Virus record (IMG/VR): IMGVR_UViG_3300033069_001940
Span: 1 to 64,000 of that record
DNA from: a virus
Lineage: Duplodnaviria > Caudoviricetes
Strand: one strand, 5' to 3'
Length of the DNA stretch: 64,000 bases
Within the stretch, counting starts at the first letter, position 1, and each line of letters begins with the position of its first letter. Both the position numbers and the translations under genes were made by a program. This document shows, piece by piece, positions 33,001-41,646 of this stretch. Under the pieces are notes generated by a model. It saw nothing but the letters and a program-made list of their open reading frames with translations, ran no database searches and had not been told where the DNA came from.

Positions 33001-36000
33001 TATTCAAATAGTATTTTGGTTAATGGAGATGTTCAAATTGTTCCAGGAAAATTTGATTATGGAATGTTGATTGAAAAAGATGGTCAAAATATTGTTTTTC
33101 CAGTTTCGGGTAATTTAAAATTAGAAGAAGGAACCTTAGAAACATTTGTAACGCCTCAGTGGTTTGGTTTGGATAATGACGCGACTCTAACATTTAAATT
33201 ATTTTCTGATGAGTCTGTGTTAGATTCTGATAAAATTTATATTGGTTCAAAAGGATACCATCCAACATATGATATTACTAATTCATTTTCTTTAAATAAA
33301 AATGATTTAGAAAGTCCAAAAGGAATACCATATCAAATTAGCGATACATATTCAAATGGTATATTTATTTATTTTGATGAAGATAATAAAGTGTGGAAAT
33401 TATTAGCAAAAGATTCATCAAATAAATCATATACTGGAAATATTATTTCATCTGGGGAAATTTATAATGCCAAGTTAATTCCTGGTCTAGCTGATATTAG
33501 TGATTATATAAGAAGTGGATTAAAAGAGATTAATTTTAAATTAAATATTGATAACTATGATTTTATGTATCCAGACGGATATGCCGACGGTTATGCAGAC
33601 GGATACGTTGATGGATATGGTTATGTAGATGGGTATACAGATGGTTACGTTCAAGGATTTTCTTTCGACGGTCTACAATTTATGGCGGACGAAGAGCATT
33701 ATTTATTTGATTTTGGAGATTCAGATAAAAATAGATTTTCAATATTTAAAGATGGAAGTGGGTATTTAAATTTTCTTGTAAAAGATAAATTAGGTAATAA
33801 TAGAAGAGTAAGTACGGATATTTCTAATTGGAAGTCGGGGCAAACTCATCATATTGCAGCTTCATGGAAAATAGATACTTTTGATGAAAAAGATGAAATG
33901 CATTTATTTGTAGATGGTTTTGAGGTTCCAAATATAATTAAATATGGCGGTAGGCCCGAGACTTATATTGATGAAAAATTTAGATCAGTTAAATCAGAAA
34001 CAATTTTAGGTTCTTTAAGTAAAACAATATTATTTGGCGCCGATCTTCATACGCAGGCTGGTAGTCCGATTGTTTATTCTGACTCTATTGATTTTGATAG
34101 TAAAGGAATAATTCCTGGTGATTCAATAAAAATAATAGAATCTGGGTTTAATGATTATACAATTATTAGCGTTTTGGGAAATTATCTTACACTTGACGCT
34201 AATATGCCTGCCTCATTAACTGATGCAAGATTTTCGGTCAATGAATTTAGTTCAGTAGTTTCTAGTGAAATAAACCTTTACAGTAATATCGCTGTCTATC
34301 TTTTAAGATCTGGAGAAGAAATTGAATTACCAGGAGTTAGAGCCCAATTTCCTGGTTATGAAATTAGTAAGAACATGTTAAATCAAGATGTTCTTACTAT
34401 AATTGGTAATGCGGAAATTGGTGATAAAATAGTTATTAGAACTTTTGGTATCAATCATAAGCGTTGTCGAGATAGACAATTTATCTGGGGCAACTACTCT
34501 AGTATTTTTAAAACATCATTACCATCTCCAATTAATTTAGATGAAGTTAGTATTAAAAAAATATTATTACCAATGACTAATTTGAGTTTAGAAAATTCGT
34601 CATACGTTGGACCTGCTTTGGTATCCTTGAATATACAAACGTCACAACCTTCAAATATTACAGAAGGAAGAACTTTAGCGGTTAGAGTTAATGGTAACAA
34701 TGTTGATTTTTCAACCCCCACACAAATTACTATTAACGGAGTTACTAATGGGGTTGCTACATCAGAAGTTTTATCATTTACTAGTGCTGGAACACAATAT
34801 ACAACCAATAAGTTTCTTAATATTAGTGGCGTAGATGCTACAACATATACTATTGCTACAAATAAGCCAGGAATTTCATTTGAAATTTCTGAAAAATATT
34901 CTATTACATATTCTGAAGGTAATGAAAATTATCCGGTAATTAGATTTAGTTACAAAACGCAAACCGGCAAATCTCTTTCTGGATCAGGTTTAGATGTCGT
35001 AACCGATCAATCTGGTTATTTTCTTAATTCAAACGTTGGACAAAAATTAGTAATTAAAACACCTTTATCTGTGGCTGGAACTTATTTAATAACAGAAAAA
35101 ATTAATGATACCTCTATTAGATTAGACCCTCCTCCACCTACTAATTTTAGTGGTGGAACATATGATATTTTTAATGTTAGTTTGGGAAGGTCTGGATTTC
35201 AAAATGGTTTTTGGACATTAGAAACTGCTGGACAGGTTAATGTTCCATATCTTTTAACAGAAGGATTTTATGAGTTTGATTATTCGGTCTATTTAACTAT
35301 TCCATTCGATCCTATTTCAAAAGGCGATGTTTATATAGGGTCAGACATATTCGGTAAAAAACAGGCTAAGGTAGTATTTGATGAATTTATTATTTGGTCA
35401 AAGCAATTGACCGACACAAGGGTTGGAGAAACAATTCAAGATAACGAATTTTCAATAACATCAAATGCATTAAGAATAATTCCGCAAGAAAAAAACAAGA
35501 ATATTTTAGTTCTTTTAGATTTTAATAAAGTACCATTAATAAATAATTCAGATTATTGGATTTCATCAACTAGCGAATATCTTCAATCAGATTCAAGTGT
35601 TAATAGTAATTTTGAAAAAAGCCTTTTAATTACTGAAAAACCTTTTGTTTTGGATAATTTTGGTTTATTGCAAACTAACTCCGAAGGAACAATAGAATTC
35701 TGGGTTAGTCCGAAATACGATACATATAATGACCCGACTGTTAGATTTTATTTTGATGCCACCTCTGCTGTTTATGAAGATGTAACATCTTCAACAACAT
35801 CATCTATTGTTTTAACTGGTAAAGCTAATAAAATAGTTGGAATATATTTGCAAAAAGATATTAATAATCTGAATAATCTAACTGATGGTTCAATTTTATC
35901 CAATGATGGGCAGACAATTAGGTTAAGCCGCCCACTACCTTATCAGCAAACTCCAGTTAGAGTATATTATATACCAAATGGCATATCACAAGGAAGAATT

Positions 36001-36687
36001 TCTATTTATAAAGATTCTTACGGATATATTACTTTTTCTGTATTTACTCAAGATCAAACTTTTGAGGTAAAGCAACCAGTTTTTTGGTCTAAAAATACCT
36101 GGCATAGAATACAAGCTACTTATAAATTTAACAAATTAAATAACCAAGATGAAATAAGATTATTTATTGATGGAGAAGAAAAAGGAACTGTTAAATTTGG
36201 CCAAGGATTCTTATTTGGAGAGGGTGTTGTTTTCGGACAAAGCTTTGCAGGGGTTAACAAGGCGAGACTAGTAGCCGATATAAATTTTATAGATCCAATT
36301 AATCAAATTTATATTGGTTCAAATTATTTAAATTCATCAACAGCATTTGCTAGAATAGATAATTTAAGATTAAGTAATATATCTAGGCCTCCAACGGTAA
36401 TTGCTTATCAAGACACAGATATTAATTTTAGCAGTAATCTTTCATTAGTTTATCCTGTTGTTTCTGATGCATTTACAACGTATTTGATGGATTTTAATAC
36501 TCTATTTCAAAAGAATACTGATTTTTCTATCTTAGTTGATGAAAAATATGGTATCTTTAATTTTGATCTAAATATCTTAGACTCTTTTGGTATATTATCA
36601 AGCGATCTAAGATTAAAACAAATTTTAGAGACATTAATAAAAGTTCTTAAGCCTGCTGATAACAAAGTAAATATTATATATGGGTAG
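30016..36687 (+). CDS. Giant baseplate wedge-associated protein (gpI/gp7-like) with Ig-like and LamG/concanavalin-like domains
   Basis: N-terminal IKVRFSEELD Ig-like strand. ERYRDAL....SF.KGPT and C-terminal LIKVLKPA motifs of gpI-type wedge proteins. Two LamG-type sets (EGTLE.FV.P.W / HHIAASW..MHLFVDG; EGTIEFWVSP / WHRIQATY..LFIDG / IDNLRLS). Confidence 0.65.
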   Translation: MANLRILEIKHYESDTIKVRFSEELDSRINSSNISITSLTESIPDCKIVSVDVISDYLIIYILPITPLATYKIEFKSSNSAKFKSINNSFLIEDGNSNSKLIVGAESPDNNIRDRLLSYLSQGPYSLDPGTVVRTANEHLGQLISRFIYDIGQLKNDNYLSHTVKDEKKVRGNGPFDRLNEEGSYQLIRVGKEPTGNYVTKSISFSSFPSKPISLQQQTVTEEILIAGSSSGTFDGLILNLIKKPVLKVHSIIINYNNGSKYEYPISSKGYQIKNNRYDKFASSYLLLEDNQVKLNDSVLEDPNFKLPSAIDEIFVSYDYKNLGIFIDPESINVSELLTATRETVEPLVTSFFTNHCPIVNDEDIISKTGGILFLDPLANPPFSSTHPAFIKEVPLQLDALPFKAGDYAVNYETGQVFVFGEENKDGTGNYPPIISYNYRSKYSSKIDFTYDPETCELVGNPNRDIIGKNIKITFNYELVLVDGFDFKSQTHQESLDERVNNKVYSNGSLKVSNWPVTNVFRIYNETTGEVYSSRNYINDTIYFDYKKPLNFSNIFRERVNFKNVYDELLLVSSVIENNNNIKIFKIKLGNEIIGANTEDCIGSSFNTSVSFSRKDLFNQEIYFDNQTGSESSNIDLLSVGYYQIDYLSGIIYLGVSDTQDYDLGNVNYKSINISTKNKHITGVNEVYTSLGISNGVSQRFNVLNFKDDYVVCNLTNRSDERFNAQDEMNPYYFDSGSIYLSYDAKEIRHIFDHYDLVNNNTPVNFANSNVNILGNKLSLGLGPEKKENLIISNEITLEAEFLSDGIEIQNVLSIRKVSDNSELSVSNISGYTIVLDQNINYPLAGEEVEVIYNLTLNGSSTPIVDYDHGELFIDYTYLNDEILVSYEYGDNCLDFRESETVSSGETYYVTYKVGALRDALLKNFGSLINIPVLNHFDNSMVRERYRDALSAALQSFTKGPTKISMENLVSKITHIKPEINESIFKVWSLGSSYLYSNSILVNGDVQIVPGKFDYGMLIEKDGQNIVFPVSGNLKLEEGTLETFVTPQWFGLDNDATLTFKLFSDESVLDSDKIYIGSKGYHPTYDITNSFSLNKNDLESPKGIPYQISDTYSNGIFIYFDEDNKVWKLLAKDSSNKSYTGNIISSGEIYNAKLIPGLADISDYIRSGLKEINFKLNIDNYDFMYPDGYADGYADGYVDGYGYVDGYTDGYVQGFSFDGLQFMADEEHYLFDFGDSDKNRFSIFKDGSGYLNFLVKDKLGNNRRVSTDISNWKSGQTHHIAASWKIDTFDEKDEMHLFVDGFEVPNIIKYGGRPETYIDEKFRSVKSETILGSLSKTILFGADLHTQAGSPIVYSDSIDFDSKGIIPGDSIKIIESGFNDYTIISVLGNYLTLDANMPASLTDARFSVNEFSSVVSSEINLYSNIAVYLLRSGEEIELPGVRAQFPGYEISKNMLNQDVLTIIGNAEIGDKIVIRTFGINHKRCRDRQFIWGNYSSIFKTSLPSPINLDEVSIKKILLPMTNLSLENSSYVGPALVSLNIQTSQPSNITEGRTLAVRVNGNNVDFSTPTQITINGVTNGVATSEVLSFTSAGTQYTTNKFLNISGVDATTYTIATNKPGISFEISEKYSITYSEGNENYPVIRFSYKTQTGKSLSGSGLDVVTDQSGYFLNSNVGQKLVIKTPLSVAGTYLITEKINDTSIRLDPPPPTNFSGGTYDIFNVSLGRSGFQNGFWTLETAGQVNVPYLLTEGFYEFDYSVYLTIPFDPISKGDVYIGSDIFGKKQAKVVFDEFIIWSKQLTDTRVGETIQDNEFSITSNALRIIPQEKNKNILVLLDFNKVPLINNSDYWISSTSEYLQSDSSVNSNFEKSLLITEKPFVLDNFGLLQTNSEGTIEFWVSPKYDTYNDPTVRFYFDATSAVYEDVTSSTTSSIVLTGKANKIVGIYLQKDINNLNNLTDGSILSNDGQTIRLSRPLPYQQTPVRVYYIPNGISQGRISIYKDSYGYITFSVFTQDQTFEVKQPVFWSKNTWHRIQATYKFNKLNNQDEIRLFIDGEEKGTVKFGQGFLFGEGVVFGQSFAGVNKARLVADINFIDPINQIYIGSNYLNSSTAFARIDNLRLSNISRPPTVIAYQDTDINFSSNLSLVYPVVSDAFTTYLMDFNTLFQKNTDFSILVDEKYGIFNFDLNILDSFGILSSDLRLKQILETLIKVLKPADNKVNIIYG
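33574..33648 (+). repeat. Protein-level tandem (x-D-G-Y) repeat, six DGY units
   Basis: Encodes DGYADGYADGYVDGYGYVDGYTDGY; the six DGY units each use a different codon combination. Confidence 0.9.
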
Positions 36688-36689
36688 AT

Positions 36690-39587
36690 ATGAAGAAAAA
36701 AGAAATTTCAATACCAGAAACATTATGGCAAAATTCAATGCGCGTACAGCAATCAGATTTGATTGCTCAACAAAATCACAGCAATCAAGTAGATTCTGCG
36801 ATAGTAAATAATCATTTTGGTTCTGGTGTTTTATTAGAAGGCTTGAATAAAACGATTATTTTTGATTCTGATAATCTTACTACAGACCAAACTAACTTAA
36901 AAAATATTAATTCATTTGATGGTGTTGGGATTACCCCTCATAATCAACCTTCGGATTTAACATATGGTAATCAGTTAGAGGTTATTTTAACTGATTCAAA
37001 TGTTTTTGGAAGATTATCAGTTAAGGTAGCGATCATCGGATTAGATTTTAATGGCAATCTGCAAAGTGATACTTTTTATTTTTTTGAAAATGAAAAGCAG
37101 ATTACATCCAAACATTATACCAAGGTCTTAAGTATTTTATTTTATGATTTTTTTGGAAATTTTATTTCTAGAAATCTTGGTGGAAGAATTTTAATTCAGG
37201 AAACAAATTCATTACAAATTTCCAAAGAATCTGTAATGATTGCTCAGGATACTTATCCATCTTTATTTTGGAGAGATTTTAAACCAAATACCACAACATC
37301 AAATTTATCAAATATCTTACAAACAGCAATAGGCCCAGAATATAATGTTGATGGTTTAAATATTAATATAAGCGGAATAACTTCCAAGCAATTAGAGCCA
37401 GACGACGTTGTTTCGCAGGTTGGACAAAAGTTTTTAGCAAAAACTAATAATATTCAAAAAATAACATTGCTTTTAGGAGTTGTAGCTGACGGTTCTGTAT
37501 TTGATTGGTCAGGTGATTTGGTTGTTAGTATATATCCATTACAAACAGACGTCGTTAATCCTGGCGATATTCTACCAGGATTGCCAATTGAATTTACTCC
37601 ATCTAATCAACCTTTAGTTCAAATTAGTTATAGTCAACAAACATTAAAAGAAATTGGATATCAATTAAATGATGTACTTCAACCAATTGATTTTGTATTT
37701 TCTGGAACAAAAGTTGGAAAATCTGGCGGAATAGTTCCAGATAAATATTATGTGGTAACTGTAAAACGCTCAGGTTCTGCTGATACTGGCACAATTTTAT
37801 TAGGAGCAGGTTTAAGCTCATCATCTGATTATAGAGTTACACTTTACAATAGCGTGTGGGTTGATATTCCAGAAGAATCATTATGGTTCCAAGTCTGGAC
37901 CGATGCTGCTAAAGTATCAGACGGAATGGGATATGATAATGGTATTGGTATTAGCATTCCTAAAACAAAATTAGATCCAAAAACTGGATCCATTATTGAT
38001 AACGAAGAAAAATATTATTCAATTTTTTCTACATCAGAAAACACTTTAAATACAGCTATTATACAGGCGGTTGAAGAAGATTTTCTAGTTTCTCAAAATG
38101 AAAGAACGGGATCAAAAACATTTATTAGAAAAAGAATGGTCCCATCGTTAAATTTTGTTAGTTCTTCTAAGCTTAATGAGTTAAAAAATGAATATTTACC
38201 ATTAATAGTGGGTGCTGCCCAAGATTTTAATCCAAAAAAGAATTTGACTTTAACTAAAGTTCAAACATATCCTGGATTAGGACTTAATGATGCATTTATC
38301 ATTATTAATCCTGACTCTGACTTATTATCATTTAATTTGGTCGGAAGCAAACTAAAACCAAATGTTCTTAATACTAATGAATATAGAATATTTAAACAAA
38401 CTCTATATACTAATTATTATGGAGACGTTAATGGCGATGGTATAATTGATAATTTAGATGTAATTAGAGCTACGGAATTATTAGGATATTCTTTATCAAG
38501 CCCTGTAACACAGCAAAAGATTTTAGACGGTGAAGTTACCACTTTAGAAATTTTAAGAGCAGATGTGGATGGCGATGGAACAGTAACATCAACAGATATA
38601 GACTTAATTACACAATATGTTAATAAAGAAATTTCTGGGTTCTCTGCTGGAACTTATTTTAAACACTTGTTATTAAAAGTACAACAAAGCGTTGGTCGTT
38701 ATGATTATTATTATGATTGTACTAATGGAAGAATAAGATTAGATGGAGTTACTAGTCAAAATATTATTTCGGTAGGTAGCGTCAGTGAGTCAACCGCAAT
38801 ATTAGACGGGTACATGTTTGATCAATCAATAGAGTCTGACCCAGCTTATTCAACTACATCATTTGTTGATGTAACATATGAAATATTACCACAATTATTT
38901 TGGCAGTCTTATTTATTCTGTGTTAATGATGATGTTAGATTAGTACCATCTTCATTTATAAATGAAAATGCAATAGTACCGTATACCGACCCCAACATTT
39001 CTTTGTCTGAGGATAAATCAAAATCTACACCAACAGTTGATACTGGAAGAAATGATGTATTTTTCCCAGGCCATATTTATCTTAATAATGGCCAATTACT
39101 TAATAAAGATGGCACTTATTACAAAATAGATTTTGAAATTGGAAACATTACTTTAGAATTACCAATTCAAGCTTTAATCGAATCTAATATTAATATTTTT
39201 GAAAAATTTATTTGCGAATATAATAACACTGGATTAACTGCGGCTAAATACAAAGCAATGAAATATGCTGATGGAAGTTTTGTTCAGCCAAATGATTTAG
39301 CATATAATAGAATAAGATTTGCAGCGGCGATTCAGAGTATTGCAAAAAATTCTGATGGTTATTCTGTCGATGATGGTTATGGAATAATTTTAGACGATAT
39401 ATTCGGGGTTTTAATAGATCATTCAACCGGCATTTTAACTTTAAATGTTCAGAATCTGTCGATAGATCCTATTTATTTAACTTTGATTACAAAAATTCAA
39501 ATTACCGTTTATCTTAAGAAAGGCAGTTGGAACAATACTCCTATTGTTGTTAATGCTTCTGAAATAGCGGGTTTAATTTCTTCGTAA
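36690..39587 (+). CDS. Baseplate/tail-associated protein containing a type I dockerin-like domain
   Basis: N-terminal W.N..RV...DL..QQ......GSGVL attachment-type motif. Duplicated Ca-binding repeats GDVNGDGIIDNLD and ADVDGDGTVTSTD at about 38421-38620. Confidence 0.65.
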   Translation: MKKKEISIPETLWQNSMRVQQSDLIAQQNHSNQVDSAIVNNHFGSGVLLEGLNKTIIFDSDNLTTDQTNLKNINSFDGVGITPHNQPSDLTYGNQLEVILTDSNVFGRLSVKVAIIGLDFNGNLQSDTFYFFENEKQITSKHYTKVLSILFYDFFGNFISRNLGGRILIQETNSLQISKESVMIAQDTYPSLFWRDFKPNTTTSNLSNILQTAIGPEYNVDGLNINISGITSKQLEPDDVVSQVGQKFLAKTNNIQKITLLLGVVADGSVFDWSGDLVVSIYPLQTDVVNPGDILPGLPIEFTPSNQPLVQISYSQQTLKEIGYQLNDVLQPIDFVFSGTKVGKSGGIVPDKYYVVTVKRSGSADTGTILLGAGLSSSSDYRVTLYNSVWVDIPEESLWFQVWTDAAKVSDGMGYDNGIGISIPKTKLDPKTGSIIDNEEKYYSIFSTSENTLNTAIIQAVEEDFLVSQNERTGSKTFIRKRMVPSLNFVSSSKLNELKNEYLPLIVGAAQDFNPKKNLTLTKVQTYPGLGLNDAFIIINPDSDLLSFNLVGSKLKPNVLNTNEYRIFKQTLYTNYYGDVNGDGIIDNLDVIRATELLGYSLSSPVTQQKILDGEVTTLEILRADVDGDGTVTSTDIDLITQYVNKEISGFSAGTYFKHLLLKVQQSVGRYDYYYDCTNGRIRLDGVTSQNIISVGSVSESTAILDGYMFDQSIESDPAYSTTSFVDVTYEILPQLFWQSYLFCVNDDVRLVPSSFINENAIVPYTDPNISLSEDKSKSTPTVDTGRNDVFFPGHIYLNNGQLLNKDGTYYKIDFEIGNITLELPIQALIESNINIFEKFICEYNNTGLTAAKYKAMKYADGSFVQPNDLAYNRIRFAAAIQSIAKNSDGYSVDDGYGIILDDIFGVLIDHSTGILTLNVQNLSIDPIYLTLITKIQITVYLKKGSWNNTPIVVNASEIAGLISS

Positions 39588-39589
39588 TT

Positions 39590-40684
39590 ATGAAAATTTG
39601 TATCAAAGGTTTTTTCGGTGAGAATCACTCTTGGGCAGTATGTCATCGCGGTCTAGCTAATTCCTTAATTAAAAAAGGACATGATGTAGATATCTGTTCT
39701 ACAGATGGAAGTAGATTTCTTCCAAAAAATCTACTTCCATTTCTTAAAAAAGAAAATCAATTATATCATGATTATGATATGCAAATTAGTTATACTGCTA
39801 TGATTAATTTTCCGAGACATTTATCGCGCGGAACCAAAAATAGATTTGGTATTTGGAATTATGAATTTACGGTTTTGCCAAATAAACCACAACCATTTAA
39901 TAAATTTTATACATTTACTGATAAATTTCTGCCATCCTCGAATTTTTCAAAAGAAATTTTTTTAAAAAATAATATTCCAGAGAGTCATATGGAAGTGGTT
40001 TCTCATGGAGTTGATTTAGAACATTGGAATAATTTAGAGCCATTTAAATTAAATACAAATAAAAAAGTTAAAATATTAGCCAATATAGCACAGCCTCATA
40101 TAAGAAAAAATCTATCAGGATTACTAGACGCTTATGGTTTAGCATTTAATAAAAGCGATGATGTTTGTTTAGTGTTGAAGGTAGTTGATAAACCGCCTTC
40201 ATTTTCTTTTGAAGTTTCTTTTTCAGAAATATATAAAGACTTTAATAAAAAATTCCCTAATCATGCGGAATGCGAAGTTATTAAAGCTTTTATTCCAGAG
40301 ATAGGAAGTTTATATAAATCAACAGACATAGTATTTACTATGTCAAATTCTGAATGTTTTTATTTTCCTGGATTAGAAGCATTAGCAACTAATAATATAA
40401 ATGTTTGTCCTCGTTATGGTGGACAATTAGATTTTTTAAATGATGGCAATGCTTTGTTGATAAGTGGAAAAGACGTCAGAGCCCCAATTGCGGCTCAATA
40501 CTGGAATGGTTCGCCATACTCTTCTATGTTTGAGCCATCAGTTAGTGAAGCCGTAGATAAGTTAAGGTTCGCGGTATCAAATGTAAATGATTTAAAAAAT
40601 AAATTTTCAACAAATTCTAAAGAGATATTGAAAGAATATACTTGGGACAAAGTTACTGACAAAATTATTAGTTTGGCAAAATAA
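39590..40684 (+). CDS. Glycosyltransferase family 4 (GT-B)
   Basis: V.HGVD, RKNLSGLLDAY and S.SECFYFPGLEALA (E-x7-E motif), YGGQLDF, YTW. Confidence 0.88.
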   Translation: MKICIKGFFGENHSWAVCHRGLANSLIKKGHDVDICSTDGSRFLPKNLLPFLKKENQLYHDYDMQISYTAMINFPRHLSRGTKNRFGIWNYEFTVLPNKPQPFNKFYTFTDKFLPSSNFSKEIFLKNNIPESHMEVVSHGVDLEHWNNLEPFKLNTNKKVKILANIAQPHIRKNLSGLLDAYGLAFNKSDDVCLVLKVVDKPPSFSFEVSFSEIYKDFNKKFPNHAECEVIKAFIPEIGSLYKSTDIVFTMSNSECFYFPGLEALATNNINVCPRYGGQLDFLNDGNALLISGKDVRAPIAAQYWNGSPYSSMFEPSVSEAVDKLRFAVSNVNDLKNKFSTNSKEILKEYTWDKVTDKIISLAK

Positions 40685-41646
40685 TGTCATTTAAAATTTT
40701 TCCTTTTTCGGCCGGAATCCCTTGGGAAATAAATAAGGGAATCTTAAATCCTAAGATTCCATTTAATATTTTAAATAATGCTATTTCAGATAAAAATATT
40801 ATTGTTACTTGTTATGGTGGTTTGCTAGAATCTTATTTAAGTCTTTCTTATCTTGAAGCTTTTAATAAAATTTGGCCATCTAAAAAATTAACTTGGTCAG
40901 GCAACCCTATATTCAAAGATTTGATAGAAGCAAATGGTCTGTCTAAATTTAGCGAAGAAATACCTGGAGAGATTTTATCAAGATACCCTGTACCGTTATT
41001 TTTTGATAAATTAAATAACGCAATATTTAATCCATTAAATAATTACATAAAAATAAAACCTTATTATGGAGGCTTGAAATCATTCAATAATAATAATGTT
41101 TATTTAAAACAAATCTGGAATAATTCTCTTCTTGATTTTAAAAATTTTTATTTGCCTTTAATTAGAAATGATTTTGATAATAATAATTTTAAAAATCATT
41201 TATTATTATCAAAATTTGATTTTAATAAACCTTATATTATTATTATCCCTGATGATTTAAAATATTCAATTCATTCTCAAAAATGTTTGCCTTGGAATAT
41301 TCAACAGGTTAAATCTTTTGCTACAATTATATCACAATTAGGATATTCTACAGTTATCTTAACTGATAACGTTTATAAATATTATTCAAATAATTTGCCT
41401 TTTGTTTTTGAATTTAATTTTACTGCATTTTTTACTTTAATTAAGAATTCAAAAATGATTTTATCTAATGAAATAGATTTTTTATTAATTTCACAGTTAA
41501 TATCGGACAATTATTTGGTATCAAATAAGGTAAAAAAATATCTAGATTTTGGTAAAATTGATTATTTATTAAAAACAAAAAGTAAAATTAAAATATTCAA
41601 ATCAATGAATCAAAATGATGTTATTGGATTATTAAATAAAATATGA
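40684..41646 (+). CDS. Divergent GT9 (heptosyltransferase-like) fold protein
   Basis: GGLLE...L..L....P.KKLTW, KPYIIIIP...K..PW and LIKNSKMILSN segments parallel the GT9 layout. Degenerate. Confidence 0.4.
   Translation: MSFKIFPFSAGIPWEINKGILNPKIPFNILNNAISDKNIIVTCYGGLLESYLSLSYLEAFNKIWPSKKLTWSGNPIFKDLIEANGLSKFSEEIPGEILSRYPVPLFFDKLNNAIFNPLNNYIKIKPYYGGLKSFNNNNVYLKQIWNNSLLDFKNFYLPLIRNDFDNNNFKNHLLLSKFDFNKPYIIIIPDDLKYSIHSQKCLPWNIQQVKSFATIISQLGYSTVILTDNVYKYYSNNLPFVFEFNFTAFFTLIKNSKMILSNEIDFLLISQLISDNYLVSNKVKKYLDFGKIDYLLKTKSKIKIFKSMNQNDVIGLLNKI

Noticed and set aside
33574-33648. CRISPR-like or DNA-level repeat array
   Set aside because: The units are about 12 nt, in frame, synonymous-divergent and have no spacers; this is a protein repeat.
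8217-39587. Bacterial extracellular contractile injection system or tailocin instead of phage
   Set aside because: The frameshifted tail chaperones, UvsW-like helicase, phage-type tubulin and kinases, single-strand dense layout and absence of an Afp15-like ATPase or housekeeping genes favour a jumbo phage. A capsid gene is not in the window, so this is not formally proven.
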